Virus record (IMG/VR): IMGVR_UViG_3300025732_000016
Length of the DNA stretch: 64,000 bases
Origin: a virus
Lineage: Duplodnaviria; Caudoviricetes
Strand: one strand, 5' to 3'
Made by a program: the position numbers and the translations under genes. Below the pieces are notes generated by a model. The model searched no databases, had not been told where the DNA came from, and saw nothing but the letters and a program-made list of their open reading frames with translations. Shown one piece after another: positions 20,673 to 30,925 of this stretch (the stretch's first letter is position 1; every line of letters begins with the position of its first letter).

Positions 20673-23600
20673 CAGATTTTCTTAAGCTCCGCAGTGATGA
20701 GTGAAAGTCCAATCGTACCTCTAAGATTTCTGCGATCATTTTCACCGAGATAGATGTCTGCCCAGTTGTATCGTATCTTGTTCCTCTCAAGCATGTGGCT
20801 CTCAACTACGAGGTTCACGCCTCTGAAGTCAGTGTTGAACGGAAGAAGCTGCTCTACCAATCTTTCGATGTTAGATTCAAACCACTTAGCGAACAGAAAC
20901 ACGTTCTTGAAAGCGACAGGGTCTGTGAGACGATTGAAGTACACTTCCCTTAAGTGTCTCTCACCTGTATACTCAACAGAAAACATGTCGGCGGGATTAC
21001 CGTAAAGATTGTCTAGAACTTCATGACCGCCAAACATGAGTGCCATGTCTTCATTAAGAGCTCTGACGGTGCTGATCTCGATTCCGAAACGATTGTCGTC
21101 AATCGGGACTTCTGCGGGATCGACCCTGTACACAGGCAGATAAGACCCACCATACTTCTCAGAATTTTCTTCCAGCTCCCATGACCTGACTCTCACCTTC
21201 ATATCAGATGATGACTCGTCAAAATACGTGTCTATTGCGTTGTAGATCATCTCGTAAGGAAAGAAGATCTGCGAACTGGCAGGGAATCCAGAACCTGACA
21301 GGCTCAATCCGTTCTGCGTGAAATCTGTTATCACAATATTGCCTGACCCATTAGACGCCGTCAGGACCTGACTCAGACTCGCATCTATCCTGAGCCTTTC
21401 GAAAGAACCGCTTTCGCTGGTTACAAAGTTGAAGTTCAAGGAGGGATCGACTACTCCGACGTTTTGTGGGTTTCTTACGTGCTCCTGCCACTCGCTTCCG
21501 CTCAAGTGCTTGGACCAGAATCTTATCTGTGATGTTCCACCATTGAAACTAGAGAGCTTAGACTTAGAAGACAAAGACGAATCATTCAGAAAGATTGAAG
21601 AAGCGCCGTCAGTAACTGTTGATGTTCCAATCTCAAAGTATGAGCCGCTTGAATTGTATACTGCACCAACGTTTGAGAACGCATCGTTGGTGTCTGGTAT
21701 CACCACGTTTGCATAGCTCTCAGAAAGAACAAGACTCTCTCCAATGCTCTTTCCGAATCTTAGAAACCACTTGCTGGTTGTTGAAGACTCTCTCTTTCTT
21801 GAAAAGGAAACATAGAAAGGATACCCATCGTACACTGGGAGGTTGTTCATCGAGATTGAGAAACGCTCTGGGTCGGTCGTGTCTGTAGAGTACGCTCCGC
21901 TTAGTGTGAGATTGCCTCCGAGACCGCCAATTGTCCCAGACCTCTCAAGAATGAGATTAAGAAGAAGAGACTCTCCATACGAGCCAGTGTTGAAGAATCT
22001 CACGAGAGAAGTGTCTCTTGTTTCAAAGTCTGAGGTACCGAACTTAAAGTGACTCTCAAAAGAAAAACTTCCAGAAGTCATCAGTCCGTCTGATGGTCCG
22101 CCAGCGATGAACGGCTCTCCTGGTTCTACTCTGCTGGCGCTCAGATAAGGTGATGTAAGAAGATAAGACCCAGTCTGAGTGAACATTATCGATTTTTTCG
22201 TTGACTTTCTGCCAGTGATGTAGCCAGATCTGGCTCCGCCGTATTCTTTGAATCTCAGCGTTACGTCTGGATCGATTCCCATTGACCGTATGATGCTCTT
22301 TACTGAGTTGACGGTGCCCTTGCTCTTGATCAAATTGGGCATGTTTGTGAGTATTCTACGCCAGATAGTAGACTCGAGCTGATACAGAGCATTGGTTCCT
22401 ATGCTGGCATCCTGTGTAAGATTATCACCGTGAAAGTACTGCAGGTATGTCGGTGAGCTAAACAACCTCGGAAGCTCTATCCCGTACTCTTTCGCCAAGA
22501 ACGGAAGAAAAGTATCTGCTATCCCTCCCTGCTCATCATAATCGACTTTGTCGAGCTTCGACATCTGGTCAAGGTACATCTTGAGTTCATCGAACTGCTT
22601 CGCCCAAACGAGAAGGAGCATCGTAATCATCTGTACTGAACCGAGCTGTGTCGCCCTTGGAAGACTTCCACCATCAGAGAAGTCTCTGCCGATCTCACCG
22701 TCAACTGATTGCAGACCAAGTTCTGTCTGCTCTTCTTCAAGATAGTGCGAGGGTATGAGCTTGAGAATATAATTCGGGTTGTTACCGTCGTAGATCGTGG
22801 CTTCAGCAAGGAGAGATTGGTTGAACGTTATTAGTGAAGTGTAGTCAGGGAACAAAACAGGATTGTAAATCTCTCTCTCAGAAAAACTTGCTGGTCCACC
22901 GGTGTCAGTATTTGAGTCTCTTAACGAAAGGTCGAAGTTTGTGATTGTCGAGTGTAGCCCGTTCCCAGACGAGTCTACGACGAAAGAATTTCTCGTGTAT
23001 GATCCTGATGGCTCATTGAACTTAAAGTAGAGTTTCAGATCAGATCTAATCTCAGTCGGATTCTTTGAAACGAAATCTATGTCTTGAGAAGTTCTGTTTC
23101 CTACGAACACTTTAAAATCGTCAAGTGAGGCGCTAAGAGTGTTTTTTGGCAGAAAGCTAAAACCGCTTGTCTGGTGAAGACTTCCAGTTCCTATGTAGAG
23201 CGGAGAGCTATTGCTCGTAGACACTTCAACTTCGCTGATCGAATTTGAAGAGCTTGCAAGCGTGCCAGTCAAATACACTTGTAGCTTGTTAATCCCTGGT
23301 CTTCTGTTGAAGATTGCTGCTACGTCGATCCAAGAACCCTTATTGACTGGAGTGCTAACTGATAGAGAAGTTGAGCCTGACGTATAGGCAAAGAGAATAT
23401 CTGCTTGTTGTGGACTCACTGAATGAGAAATAGCCAGCGTGTATCCTGACCCAGCATTTATTCTCTGAGCTATTATTTGATTGTCATTTTGTTCGGGTGG
23501 AACGAAAAGCTTGAACTGGAAAGATATGCTCGACCCGGCAGGATCGAGCACAGACGCACCTGACTTATTTTTTGAGAGTTCTGGGAACTTGGATCCCGCA

Positions 23601-24013
23601 GAATCAATTACTTCTATGTAGGAGTCATCCCTAAACGACAGACTATTAAGAGATCTTGGAAAGTTGTTGTAAATGTAAGACTCGAACCCGCTCAAGCCAT
23701 CGAAGAAGTCTTCGATCTCTCTGAACGTCCCATCAAATGGGAAATTATTGATGATAGTATCAAAAGCAACGTTTACATTCGCAACCGCAGAACCAAAGAA
23801 AGTGTGCTTTGAAAAGTCTGACCAGTCAATTGGTAACTGCTGAGTTGACTCTAGCGGACTTCCTTGAGCAGAATATCTGAATGAGTCTTGTGAGGGAGAC
23901 TGCGTAGACTCTTGGTTCTTTAGAGAAGTCTCGCCTGCGCTAAAACTACCGCGTTGTAAGGCTAGAAGAGTCTCAGTTCGCGTGTAATCTGTCACTCTCG
24001 AGTTTCTTGCCAT
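20672..24013 (-). CDS. Baseplate wedge-like protein (P2 gpI/T4 gp7-like core) flanked by two LamG domains
   Basis: LPFLAKEYGIEL...WRRILTNMPNLIKSKGTVNSVKSIIRSMGI is a gpI-type motif. LamG-like segments SFQFKLFV...WIDVAAIF...LDDFKVF and FSFESHF...SQIRFWSKHL. Confidence 0.72.
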   Translation of the reverse strand: MARNSRVTDYTRTETLLALQRGSFSAGETSLKNQESTQSPSQDSFRYSAQGSPLESTQQLPIDWSDFSKHTFFGSAVANVNVAFDTIINNFPFDGTFREIEDFFDGLSGFESYIYNNFPRSLNSLSFRDDSYIEVIDSAGSKFPELSKNKSGASVLDPAGSSISFQFKLFVPPEQNDNQIIAQRINAGSGYTLAISHSVSPQQADILFAYTSGSTSLSVSTPVNKGSWIDVAAIFNRRPGINKLQVYLTGTLASSSNSISEVEVSTSNSSPLYIGTGSLHQTSGFSFLPKNTLSASLDDFKVFVGNRTSQDIDFVSKNPTEIRSDLKLYFKFNEPSGSYTRNSFVVDSSGNGLHSTITNFDLSLRDSNTDTGGPASFSEREIYNPVLFPDYTSLITFNQSLLAEATIYDGNNPNYILKLIPSHYLEEEQTELGLQSVDGEIGRDFSDGGSLPRATQLGSVQMITMLLLVWAKQFDELKMYLDQMSKLDKVDYDEQGGIADTFLPFLAKEYGIELPRLFSSPTYLQYFHGDNLTQDASIGTNALYQLESTIWRRILTNMPNLIKSKGTVNSVKSIIRSMGIDPDVTLRFKEYGGARSGYITGRKSTKKSIMFTQTGSYLLTSPYLSASRVEPGEPFIAGGPSDGLMTSGSFSFESHFKFGTSDFETRDTSLVRFFNTGSYGESLLLNLILERSGTIGGLGGNLTLSGAYSTDTTDPERFSISMNNLPVYDGYPFYVSFSRKRESSTTSKWFLRFGKSIGESLVLSESYANVVIPDTNDAFSNVGAVYNSSGSYFEIGTSTVTDGASSIFLNDSSLSSKSKLSSFNGGTSQIRFWSKHLSGSEWQEHVRNPQNVGVVDPSLNFNFVTSESGSFERLRIDASLSQVLTASNGSGNIVITDFTQNGLSLSGSGFPASSQIFFPYEMIYNAIDTYFDESSSDMKVRVRSWELEENSEKYGGSYLPVYRVDPAEVPIDDNRFGIEISTVRALNEDMALMFGGHEVLDNLYGNPADMFSVEYTGERHLREVYFNRLTDPVAFKNVFLFAKWFESNIERLVEQLLPFNTDFRGVNLVVESHMLERNKIRYNWADIYLGENDRRNLRGTIGLSLITAELKKI

Positions 24014-25521
24014 TACTCACTCACTACCAGTCTGAAACTGTTGCTTGACACTTCTAAGACTTCCCCAGCAGCAGTAATCTTGAACTCAAAGGACAACGGC
24101 ACTCCAGTCGGAAGAGAGTCAGTTTGAAGTGTAGCGTATGGGGAAAGAGAATCAATTGACATTTTAGAACCAGAATCGTCAAAATCAAACAAGAGTCTAC
24201 CCGTCCCAACGTCTCTCAATCGATATCTGCACTCTGCAAGACTGAGAGGCTCCGGCTCAAAGGCAAACTTCGAAGACCTGTTTTGCTCGTAGTCGTCGTA
24301 GAAAGAAACTCTAATCTTCAGCGGTGTTCCCTTGTTGATCGTGGGCTGAGTTGACAGCATCGAGTATCGAAGCTTTCTGTAACCCCCAGACTTTGTTGAT
24401 GCAAGCTGATTATAGAAAGTTACGCTCCCAGAGTAATACGACACTGTCTCATCTAGAGAAGTCCAGTTTTCGTTGAATGTTATGGAACCGCTGACTCGCA
24501 GTGCTTCGCTTAGAGTCACGCTACCGCTTATCGTTGATGGGTCGCTTGAGTAGAAAGCAACAGATGCAGAGTAGATTCCAGTGAGCGCTCCACCCTGAGT
24601 GACTTGTGAACCTGTTGCATACTTGACAAACGACCCAGTAGAAAGCTTTACTAGCAAGCAATTGCTGCCGACGACCCCAGTCAAGGAGGAGCCAGAGACT
24701 ATGTTGGCGTACTGTCCCCTGACTATGTTATGCAGACAAAGAGAGCTCGTAAGATTGAAGAAAGACGAGCTGTGATTATCAATGATGCTGTCATCATACG
24801 ATAGAGTAAGAGACGGTCTAAGAAGCTGATCTCTCACGTGTCTTGAAGCGAACCTTTTCACGAATCTAGTTGTTGTGTCCTGCTCTTGTGAGTCAATGAA
24901 TGACACTCTGAAACCGTAGTCTGGTACGATGCCTGCGATTGTAGCTGACACCACGCGTGTAACATCTACCAGCAGATCTTCAGTGCCAGCTTCGAACAAC
25001 TGGGTCGAGCCGAGGTTGACCACGCCGTTACCGTCCAGAAGATTTCCACTCGCGTAGTAGTCAACTCCAGAATCTCCGAGAGTTCCAGACTTGAACGCAC
25101 CAGAAAGGTTCCAAAGTGAATCAGCAGAACTGCTTAGAAAGTTGCATGAATCAACATCTGCAAAAGAGATTACGTCTCTTCCAAATCCTTCGGTGAAGGA
25201 TTTTGCAAGCGGGAAGACTTGCACCCTGAAATCGTGCGGGACTGGTTGTCCCGCAGAAATGCTCTTCAGAGAAAGAGAGGCCTTGAAAGTAGAGTCCGAT
25301 ATTTTGAGAGAAGATGATGATAACTCTTTTGCCCTAGAAAGATCAAATTTCACTAAGATCCTCGAGAGCTCTATTGCACCTGTGACGTAAGTCGACTCAT
25401 CATACAGCTTGAACAAGTCCAGTGTACCAGCTCGACCCACATTACCGGACACTGCTCTCGTCGAATCGACAATCTTGTCAGTAACGTAGGTATCAGCAGA
25501 TGAGCTTGCAATTAGAATCAT
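24013..25521 (-). CDS. Virion protein with DNRLRE-like domain
   Basis: ASSSADTYV...NVG...ELSRILVKFDLS...ASLSL...DLLVDVTRVV...DYGFRV...RFASR...RPSLTLSY matches the DNRLRE/CBM96-like pattern. Confidence 0.6.
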   Translation of the reverse strand: MILIASSSADTYVTDKIVDSTRAVSGNVGRAGTLDLFKLYDESTYVTGAIELSRILVKFDLSRAKELSSSSLKISDSTFKASLSLKSISAGQPVPHDFRVQVFPLAKSFTEGFGRDVISFADVDSCNFLSSSADSLWNLSGAFKSGTLGDSGVDYYASGNLLDGNGVVNLGSTQLFEAGTEDLLVDVTRVVSATIAGIVPDYGFRVSFIDSQEQDTTTRFVKRFASRHVRDQLLRPSLTLSYDDSIIDNHSSSFFNLTSSLCLHNIVRGQYANIVSGSSLTGVVGSNCLLVKLSTGSFVKYATGSQVTQGGALTGIYSASVAFYSSDPSTISGSVTLSEALRVSGSITFNENWTSLDETVSYYSGSVTFYNQLASTKSGGYRKLRYSMLSTQPTINKGTPLKIRVSFYDDYEQNRSSKFAFEPEPLSLAECRYRLRDVGTGRLLFDFDDSGSKMSIDSLSPYATLQTDSLPTGVPLSFEFKITAAGEVLEVSSNSFRLVVSE

Positions 25522-25530
25522 TTCACACTC

Positions 25531-27363
25531 TCACGCAGAAGTAACGACGACGTCATTCGCCGGGTATCTAATCTCAAAGATCCCACCTTGGGGTGGGAGT
25601 ATTATCCCGCGAGAAGTCGCGTTTTCCATGTCGTAAGTATAGTTCGAGTACACAGAGTCATCTATTGTGCCAGATTTGTTAGTGAACTCTAGCGAGACAA
25701 GAGAAAGAACTCCCGGCGTGTTTATGATCGCGCTAGTTACGTCAGCGATGATAATCGGTTGATCGACTTGGAACAATCCAATGTTCAGCTGATTTCTAAT
25801 CGCTTGACTAACAGATTGCAGGACTTCAAGAGAAATGTAGCTCGGAGCAATAATCACTGATGCCTTGACAGTGTAATTGACGATTGGTGAGTCAACGATG
25901 TCAACAGCATCAGAGATTAGACGAAGTTCATTCAGATAATTTCTCAAGTTGAGCTTTAGAGAGTCAGACGCTCTTGAAAGTCTGCCAGCTGTATCGTATC
26001 CAAGAACGTAAAGCTGCTTTGACAAAGGGTTGGCGGGATTGCTCCTGCATCCTGCTTTTGAAACTTTTCCGAATCTACTTGGAAGAGAGTAGACTCTTGC
26101 GATTAGATCTTCTTTTGTCACTACTCTCAATTGCGAATTTTTTGCAGCTGGTATTTGCATTCTAAGGTCTTCGATGCTCGGTTGACCAGCTCCGCCACTT
26201 GCAGCCTCACTGTTGATAACATCGATTGACGCTCTAACAGCTGATGCAATTGCGTTTGACGGAAGTCCAGGAAAAGCCATCGAAAGAGAAGAGATGCTTC
26301 TTATTGAGTTAGCAGAAACGTTGTGCAAAAGGCCGCCGCCATACTCGTAGACAATCGTTAGAGTAGTGTTAGAGGGAGCAACTCCAAGAGATTTAGAGCG
26401 CAGCAGGCTGTTCGGGTCTAAAGAGTACCTCGGGACTGAGCTTTTTCCGTACAGAGGTAACGCTAAGCTGGAAGGGTCAAGAACAGTTTTCTCGTCCAGC
26501 GAGTTATCTCCTCCTCCAAATGTCAGCGTTGTTTCACGTGTAGTGATATTTGTCGAGACCGTGAAGCGTCTTGGAGCAGGTATAACTTCAAGACTGTCAC
26601 TCACAATGTTGTTGTCATACGAGTTGTTAGTGACTGAAGCGTACACAGTGTCCTGTGTTAAAGACTCTACTTCATAGTAGGAATTTCCCTCAGTGTCGAT
26701 TACGCTGATTATCCTGGACACAGAAGGGTTAGGCAACGTCACAGCATAGAACGGGTTGTATCCTGAGGGTGTGCTAAAGGTAGCGGATGCTCTAGTTGAT
26801 GATGTAGCAATGACCTGCCTTGACAAGACGTAAGTCAGAGGGTTGCCGCTGTCGTCCGTCTCTCCTACTATCACTGTAGCCTTGAGAAATCCGTCCCTGT
26901 CTCTTTCGTTGAAGTTGAGATCATCGACAGTCGTGAAGGTTACTTGAGCAGAAGAAACTGCAACCGTTCCAGCCAAGACTATTGGTAGAGCATCGCTTTG
27001 GGGAACGTATCCATTGACAGTTGATACTGCTGGAACTTCGATCAAAAGAGTAAGCGTCACAGTCGCAGGGCTCGAACCCGTAATTTTGACGCCTGCATTT
27101 CGAAGATGTCTCTGTATATTCACGAGCTCTACAGAATCTGACCACGATAGTTCCGTGAACTGATGGTCAAGATAGTAGCTCATCGTATCACCGACAGAAG
27201 CGGCCAGATCTATGAACATTCCACCAAGACCGGCTTCACTGAAATCCTTGATCTTGTCAGGGAAGAAAGTCTGAGCGTATCTGATGAGATCAGACCGCAA
27301 ATCCTGAAAATCTTTCGATAGATAGCTTCTTTGCGGCTGATTAGTGTTGTTGCTTCCTGCCAT
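25531..27363 (-). CDS. Baseplate wedge protein, T4 gp6/baseplate J-like
   Basis: YLSKDFQDLRSDLIRYAQTFFPDKIKDFSEAGLGGMFIDLAASVGDTMSYYLD N-terminus; YEYGGG and QLRVVTKEDLIARV motifs; adjacent to a gp25-like gene. Confidence 0.9.
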   Translation of the reverse strand: MAGSNNTNQPQRSYLSKDFQDLRSDLIRYAQTFFPDKIKDFSEAGLGGMFIDLAASVGDTMSYYLDHQFTELSWSDSVELVNIQRHLRNAGVKITGSSPATVTLTLLIEVPAVSTVNGYVPQSDALPIVLAGTVAVSSAQVTFTTVDDLNFNERDRDGFLKATVIVGETDDSGNPLTYVLSRQVIATSSTRASATFSTPSGYNPFYAVTLPNPSVSRIISVIDTEGNSYYEVESLTQDTVYASVTNNSYDNNIVSDSLEVIPAPRRFTVSTNITTRETTLTFGGGDNSLDEKTVLDPSSLALPLYGKSSVPRYSLDPNSLLRSKSLGVAPSNTTLTIVYEYGGGLLHNVSANSIRSISSLSMAFPGLPSNAIASAVRASIDVINSEAASGGAGQPSIEDLRMQIPAAKNSQLRVVTKEDLIARVYSLPSRFGKVSKAGCRSNPANPLSKQLYVLGYDTAGRLSRASDSLKLNLRNYLNELRLISDAVDIVDSPIVNYTVKASVIIAPSYISLEVLQSVSQAIRNQLNIGLFQVDQPIIIADVTSAIINTPGVLSLVSLEFTNKSGTIDDSVYSNYTYDMENATSRGIILPPQGGIFEIRYPANDVVVTSA

Positions 27364-27845
27364 TAGCTCACCGTTGCGATTATAACTTCTATGAGTCTCT
27401 GCTTGCTGTTCAGCCCAGGAACGCTGTAAGTGACTCTAACTGCCACTTTTCCCGGTGTTGTGTACGTTTGTGGGATCTGCACGGTCTCAAACGTTTGTAG
27501 ATTGACGAATGGCAAATACTTTCTTGCAGCAGTCCTTATGCGATTAATCGCCTCGAAGTCACCCTCTTCAGTCCCAAGCTCAAAAGCGATTTCTCTCAAA
27601 TTTGCCCCGTAATCATGACGGAAGATCCTTTCACCGTGATTTGTCAGAATCAAATTGCGCAGATTGTCGCTAACCGTGTCTTCAAGACTGTAGTGCATCT
27701 TAAAGAGACCGTCTTTCTCAAGACCAGACTCAAGAGGAGTTTTTATTCCTATCGGTGTACTCTCTACACCGGCTACAGAACGAGACTTGTATTCGACGTC
27801 GGTCTCTCCAACAGAGCTGAAATCGTATTTTTTCGCGTCTGCCAT
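27363..27845 (-). CDS. Baseplate wedge protein, T4 gp25/GPW-like
   Basis: VSDNLRNLILTNHGERIFRHDYGANLREIAFE...IRTAARKYLPFVNL is the GPW_gp25 signature. Confidence 0.9.
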   Translation of the reverse strand: MADAKKYDFSSVGETDVEYKSRSVAGVESTPIGIKTPLESGLEKDGLFKMHYSLEDTVSDNLRNLILTNHGERIFRHDYGANLREIAFELGTEEGDFEAINRIRTAARKYLPFVNLQTFETVQIPQTYTTPGKVAVRVTYSVPGLNSKQRLIEVIIATVS

Positions 27846-27858
27846 TCGACCTCCAAGA

Positions 27859-27866
27859 TTAGGTAT
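27859..27866 (-). promoter_or_regulatory. Putative late promoter motif ATACCTAA followed by GGAGG RBS
   Basis: Intergenic motif instance upstream of the gp25-like gene. Confidence 0.42.
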
Positions 27867-27880
27867 GCGTAATCACGAGT

Positions 27881-28135
27881 TCATGATGAGCCTGGAGCAA
27901 CTGTTGACGCAACTACCGGGTAAGTAGTTGCTGTTCCTACCACAGGGATGCCAGGATTGATAGTTACTGTGATGCTAGTGACATACGCGTCTACTGCGCT
28001 GGCGATGTCTGCAGACAGTTGATTGATAATCGCTTCAGGGTCAGCTCCATCCTTCGAGCCGTTGTCCTTGGCATCGATGAAAGCTTGCTTGATCGTCTGC
28101 TGCATAGTAGCTTTTCCAGTTGCAATGATGGGCAT
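27881..28135 (-). CDS. Small hypothetical baseplate-associated protein (84 aa)
   Basis: Directly follows the spike gene; helical N-terminus and a beta-rich tail VTINPGIPVVGTATT. Confidence 0.65.
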   Translation of the reverse strand: MPIIATGKATMQQTIKQAFIDAKDNGSKDGADPEAIINQLSADIASAVDAYVTSITVTINPGIPVVGTATTYPVVASTVAPGSS

Positions 28136-29557
28136 TTACTCTCCAAAGATTCTCTTTGACTTGAGGTTCGGTATCTCACCCTCTCTAGACTCCATAGCGC
28201 TCTTCAAAGTCGATGCTGCTTGGTTCAGTTGCACTGACGGAGCTCCGTAGCCAGGTGTAGTGTGTGTACTGACAGTGTCGCAAAATGACTTCACGTCTGC
28301 TATGATAGCCTTTAGCAGATCTTCAAGTTGCTTGTACCTGACGTAGGGTTGGGAAGTTCCTGGTGCGTCAGAGTCTCCTTCCTCAAGACCACCATCTGCA
28401 GAGGACCTTCCGAGATGAATCTCCTTTGCAGAAATCTGCAGGATCCCGTCGGGGCTCATCACTATTGCAGAGAGATCGTCATCTTTTGCGCCTTCTTTGA
28501 TGATTCTAATCGAACCATTTACGCTTCTGTCAACGTCAGATCTCGCAATGAAGCGAAGATGATCTGCCTTCACAGCGACTGATGCTCCTGAGTAATCTAT
28601 CGGAGGCTCTGCAGTTTCAAACGTCGACGGAGTAGAATTGAGAGTGTTGAAATTGTAATCGACGTCAGTTTGCTGCGACACATAAACTCTAGCAGCGTCA
28701 TCAAGAAAGTCTGGGTCTCCCTCTGTGGGAGAAATGCTCTCAAAGTCCGCAATCCTCTTAGAGACTTCAGTGAAATTTCTTCTATTCAATCTTACCGGAG
28801 GAAGAGTCCTACCTTCAACCTCTCCTGTCGAGAGCCACCTCGACCTACCAGCGACAATATCAATCGTTCCAGAAAAACTTGCGGGTGACTCAGCTGAAGC
28901 TGGAGTCGGACTCTCTCCCGGGTCCTGCTCTACTGCCCAACCGTGATCAGTTGTTAGTGCGATCGTGGCGTTATTCGAACCTTGCATGACCAGATCACCA
29001 GGGCGCTTTATGTACCTCGGAACGGGTTCAAAGACAGTCTGAGACAAAGACTGACTTGTACCAGAGAGTATGAGATCGTAGCTGTTCCCTTCTGGGGTCT
29101 TGGCTAGAGAGATGTTTGGAAAATCATCGACAGCCGGCGGCGAGGGCACTAATCCCACTTTTGTTGCAGTCGTAGACTCTTGCTTTGAGTCAGAATTGTT
29201 TCTGTCAAAGTGTGAGAAATTGACGTCCTCAGATGTCTCATCACCGTGGACCCTTGAAATCCAGTACCCTATGCTGGTACCGTCTCTGTCAAAGATGACC
29301 CAGACCATCTCAGACGGCTTCACGGGCATTGATATGTGAGATGAGAAAAATGGATAACAAAGAGTATACGAGCTGCCTGCCTGGTCAGCGCCACGTGTAA
29401 CTCTTCTAACTACAACGCTTCCCCTGGGTATTCTTTCGAGAGGAACAGATATCTTTGCGGCGGTGAGCTGAGTCGCAATTTCTGACAGACTGTCTGGACC
29501 CGTATGGATCGCCGTTACGACTCCCTTCTCAAAAGTGACTTTGGAGAACTCTGACAT
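28136..29557 (-). CDS. Baseplate central spike/hub protein (gp5/gpV-like)
   Basis: N-terminal OB-like CYPFFSSHISMPVKPSEMVWVIF, PGDLVMQGSNNATIAL, beta-rich middle, C-terminal coiled segment with HTTPG; position upstream of gp25/gp6. Confidence 0.65.
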   Translation of the reverse strand: MSEFSKVTFEKGVVTAIHTGPDSLSEIATQLTAAKISVPLERIPRGSVVVRRVTRGADQAGSSYTLCYPFFSSHISMPVKPSEMVWVIFDRDGTSIGYWISRVHGDETSEDVNFSHFDRNNSDSKQESTTATKVGLVPSPPAVDDFPNISLAKTPEGNSYDLILSGTSQSLSQTVFEPVPRYIKRPGDLVMQGSNNATIALTTDHGWAVEQDPGESPTPASAESPASFSGTIDIVAGRSRWLSTGEVEGRTLPPVRLNRRNFTEVSKRIADFESISPTEGDPDFLDDAARVYVSQQTDVDYNFNTLNSTPSTFETAEPPIDYSGASVAVKADHLRFIARSDVDRSVNGSIRIIKEGAKDDDLSAIVMSPDGILQISAKEIHLGRSSADGGLEEGDSDAPGTSQPYVRYKQLEDLLKAIIADVKSFCDTVSTHTTPGYGAPSVQLNQAASTLKSAMESREGEIPNLKSKRIFGE

Positions 29558-29917
29558 TCAACCCCCGATTGCGTCAAACATCTCATCGGGAGTCATCTTC
29601 TCTCCCTTCTCCGCCGCAGAGATCATGTCAGCGAGCTTGATGAGCTGCTCATTGCACTTGCCCATCCTCTCAAGATACCTAACCAGCATAGGGCCCATTG
29701 CGACGTGTTCTTGAGCGCTTCCCGCCATTGACATGTAGAGCTGTACGTAAAGAGCATGAGCTGACTCTCTGTCAGTGACGGCATTCTGATAGATCTCCTT
29801 CCAGAGCATCTTCTTCTTGTCATCAGTAGTTGCAAGAGAGTCAAGAAGATCGCCAAACTCTTTGATTTTCTTGTTGCTACCCTCGATCTTCTTCAGAAGT
29901 TCATCTGCTGAGCTCAC
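29558..29917 (-). CDS. Hypothetical helical protein (119 aa)
   Basis: Clean ORF, coupled to both neighbours. Confidence 0.7.
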   Translation of the reverse strand: MSSADELLKKIEGSNKKIKEFGDLLDSLATTDDKKKMLWKEIYQNAVTDRESAHALYVQLYMSMAGSAQEHVAMGPMLVRYLERMGKCNEQLIKLADMISAAEKGEKMTPDEMFDAIGG

Positions 29918-30657
29918 AGGATTCCTCCCTCATCGCTAACGATGTCCTTATAGTGTCTGCGAATCACCGCCATCGCTAAAGAAAGCTGCTTTTGATTTAC
30001 ACTCGCTATTTCCCTGACGTAGAGAAAGACTGCTCTCTTGCTGAGCAGGTCGATCTCATCAGCGTTCTGGAAGACCATCCTCAGCGCAGTCATGGTTGAC
30101 TTTTCGTGCTCCTCTGTCAGTCTCTTCTCGATCTTATCAAGAACTTTCAAGATCAAGTCCTTTCGACCAGCGTCGATTAGAATGTCATCAGGAGACTGTA
30201 TAATGCTGTGGTTCGATATGGTTCGCCTGTCGGCTTGAGAGAGCCTCGTTACGTCCTCGATCGAAACGCTTCTGATTCCGTCCTTCGTCCTCTTCTTTGA
30301 GTGTATGATCAGCCAGTTCCTGGCGACAACGTTGAAGTAAGAGAAAGCTTTCGTGCCTCGACTGGGGTCGAACTTGTGCATGTTCTCATACAGAAAGCAG
30401 ACGCAGTCAGACTTGACTTCGTGAACGCTGTCTGCTCCCTTTGCAAAACCGTAAATGTATATGAGATTCTCAACGAGCTTGTTGAAAGCCGGCATAATCT
30501 CGTCAACGTAGATCTTCTCTTTCGTCTTGGAGTCTTCCTCAGAACGGTACTTGACCATCGAGTCTTGCACTTCAGGTCCAAAATAAAGCTGCTTTGGCTC
30601 AGCCTGCTTGGATGAAGAGACTGTTCTCTTTCTACCCCTCATCAGTCTCCTCCTCAA
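29914..30657 (-). CDS. Phage sigma factor, T4 gp55-like late sigma candidate
   Basis: CVCFLYENMHKFDPSRGTKAFSYFNVVARNWLI resembles sigma region 2 (FDPxrGxkFstYa); N-terminal LYFGPEVQDSMVKY; located beside the baseplate block. Confidence 0.65.
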   Translation of the reverse strand: MRRRLMRGRKRTVSSSKQAEPKQLYFGPEVQDSMVKYRSEEDSKTKEKIYVDEIMPAFNKLVENLIYIYGFAKGADSVHEVKSDCVCFLYENMHKFDPSRGTKAFSYFNVVARNWLIIHSKKRTKDGIRSVSIEDVTRLSQADRRTISNHSIIQSPDDILIDAGRKDLILKVLDKIEKRLTEEHEKSTMTALRMVFQNADEIDLLSKRAVFLYVREIASVNQKQLSLAMAVIRRHYKDIVSDEGGIL

Positions 30658-30925
30658 TGTTAGCTATACTTCCCGCGACGCGCAGGATGGCTTCTCTGCA
30701 ACCTTTCACGTCATCAACGACTCTCTTGATCTCTGGTGAATCAAAGAAGATCGGGATCTCAAGGACTTTTGAGATAGAGCGATACCGCTCATCGAGTATC
30801 TCGAGAGCGGCCTCAATCTCATCTTCAACTTTCAAGATGATCTTCGAGAACTTCCAGAGGTAGTAAGTAGCAAAACCAAGAGCAGCCGTCTCAACGATTA
30901 GGAGCGCAGAAAGGAAGTACATCAC
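30632..30925 (-). CDS. Small membrane-anchored coiled-coil protein
   Basis: Hydrophobic N-terminus YFLSALLIVETAALGFATYYLW followed by a heptad-like acidic helix. Confidence 0.65.
   Translation of the reverse strand: MMYFLSALLIVETAALGFATYYLWKFSKIILKVEDEIEAALEILDERYRSISKVLEIPIFFDSPEIKRVVDDVKGCREAILRVAGSIANIEEETDEG

Noticed and set aside
30632-30925. Holin or spanin call for the small membrane protein
   Set aside because: Only one TM helix, no lipobox and no adjacent endolysin; unsupported.
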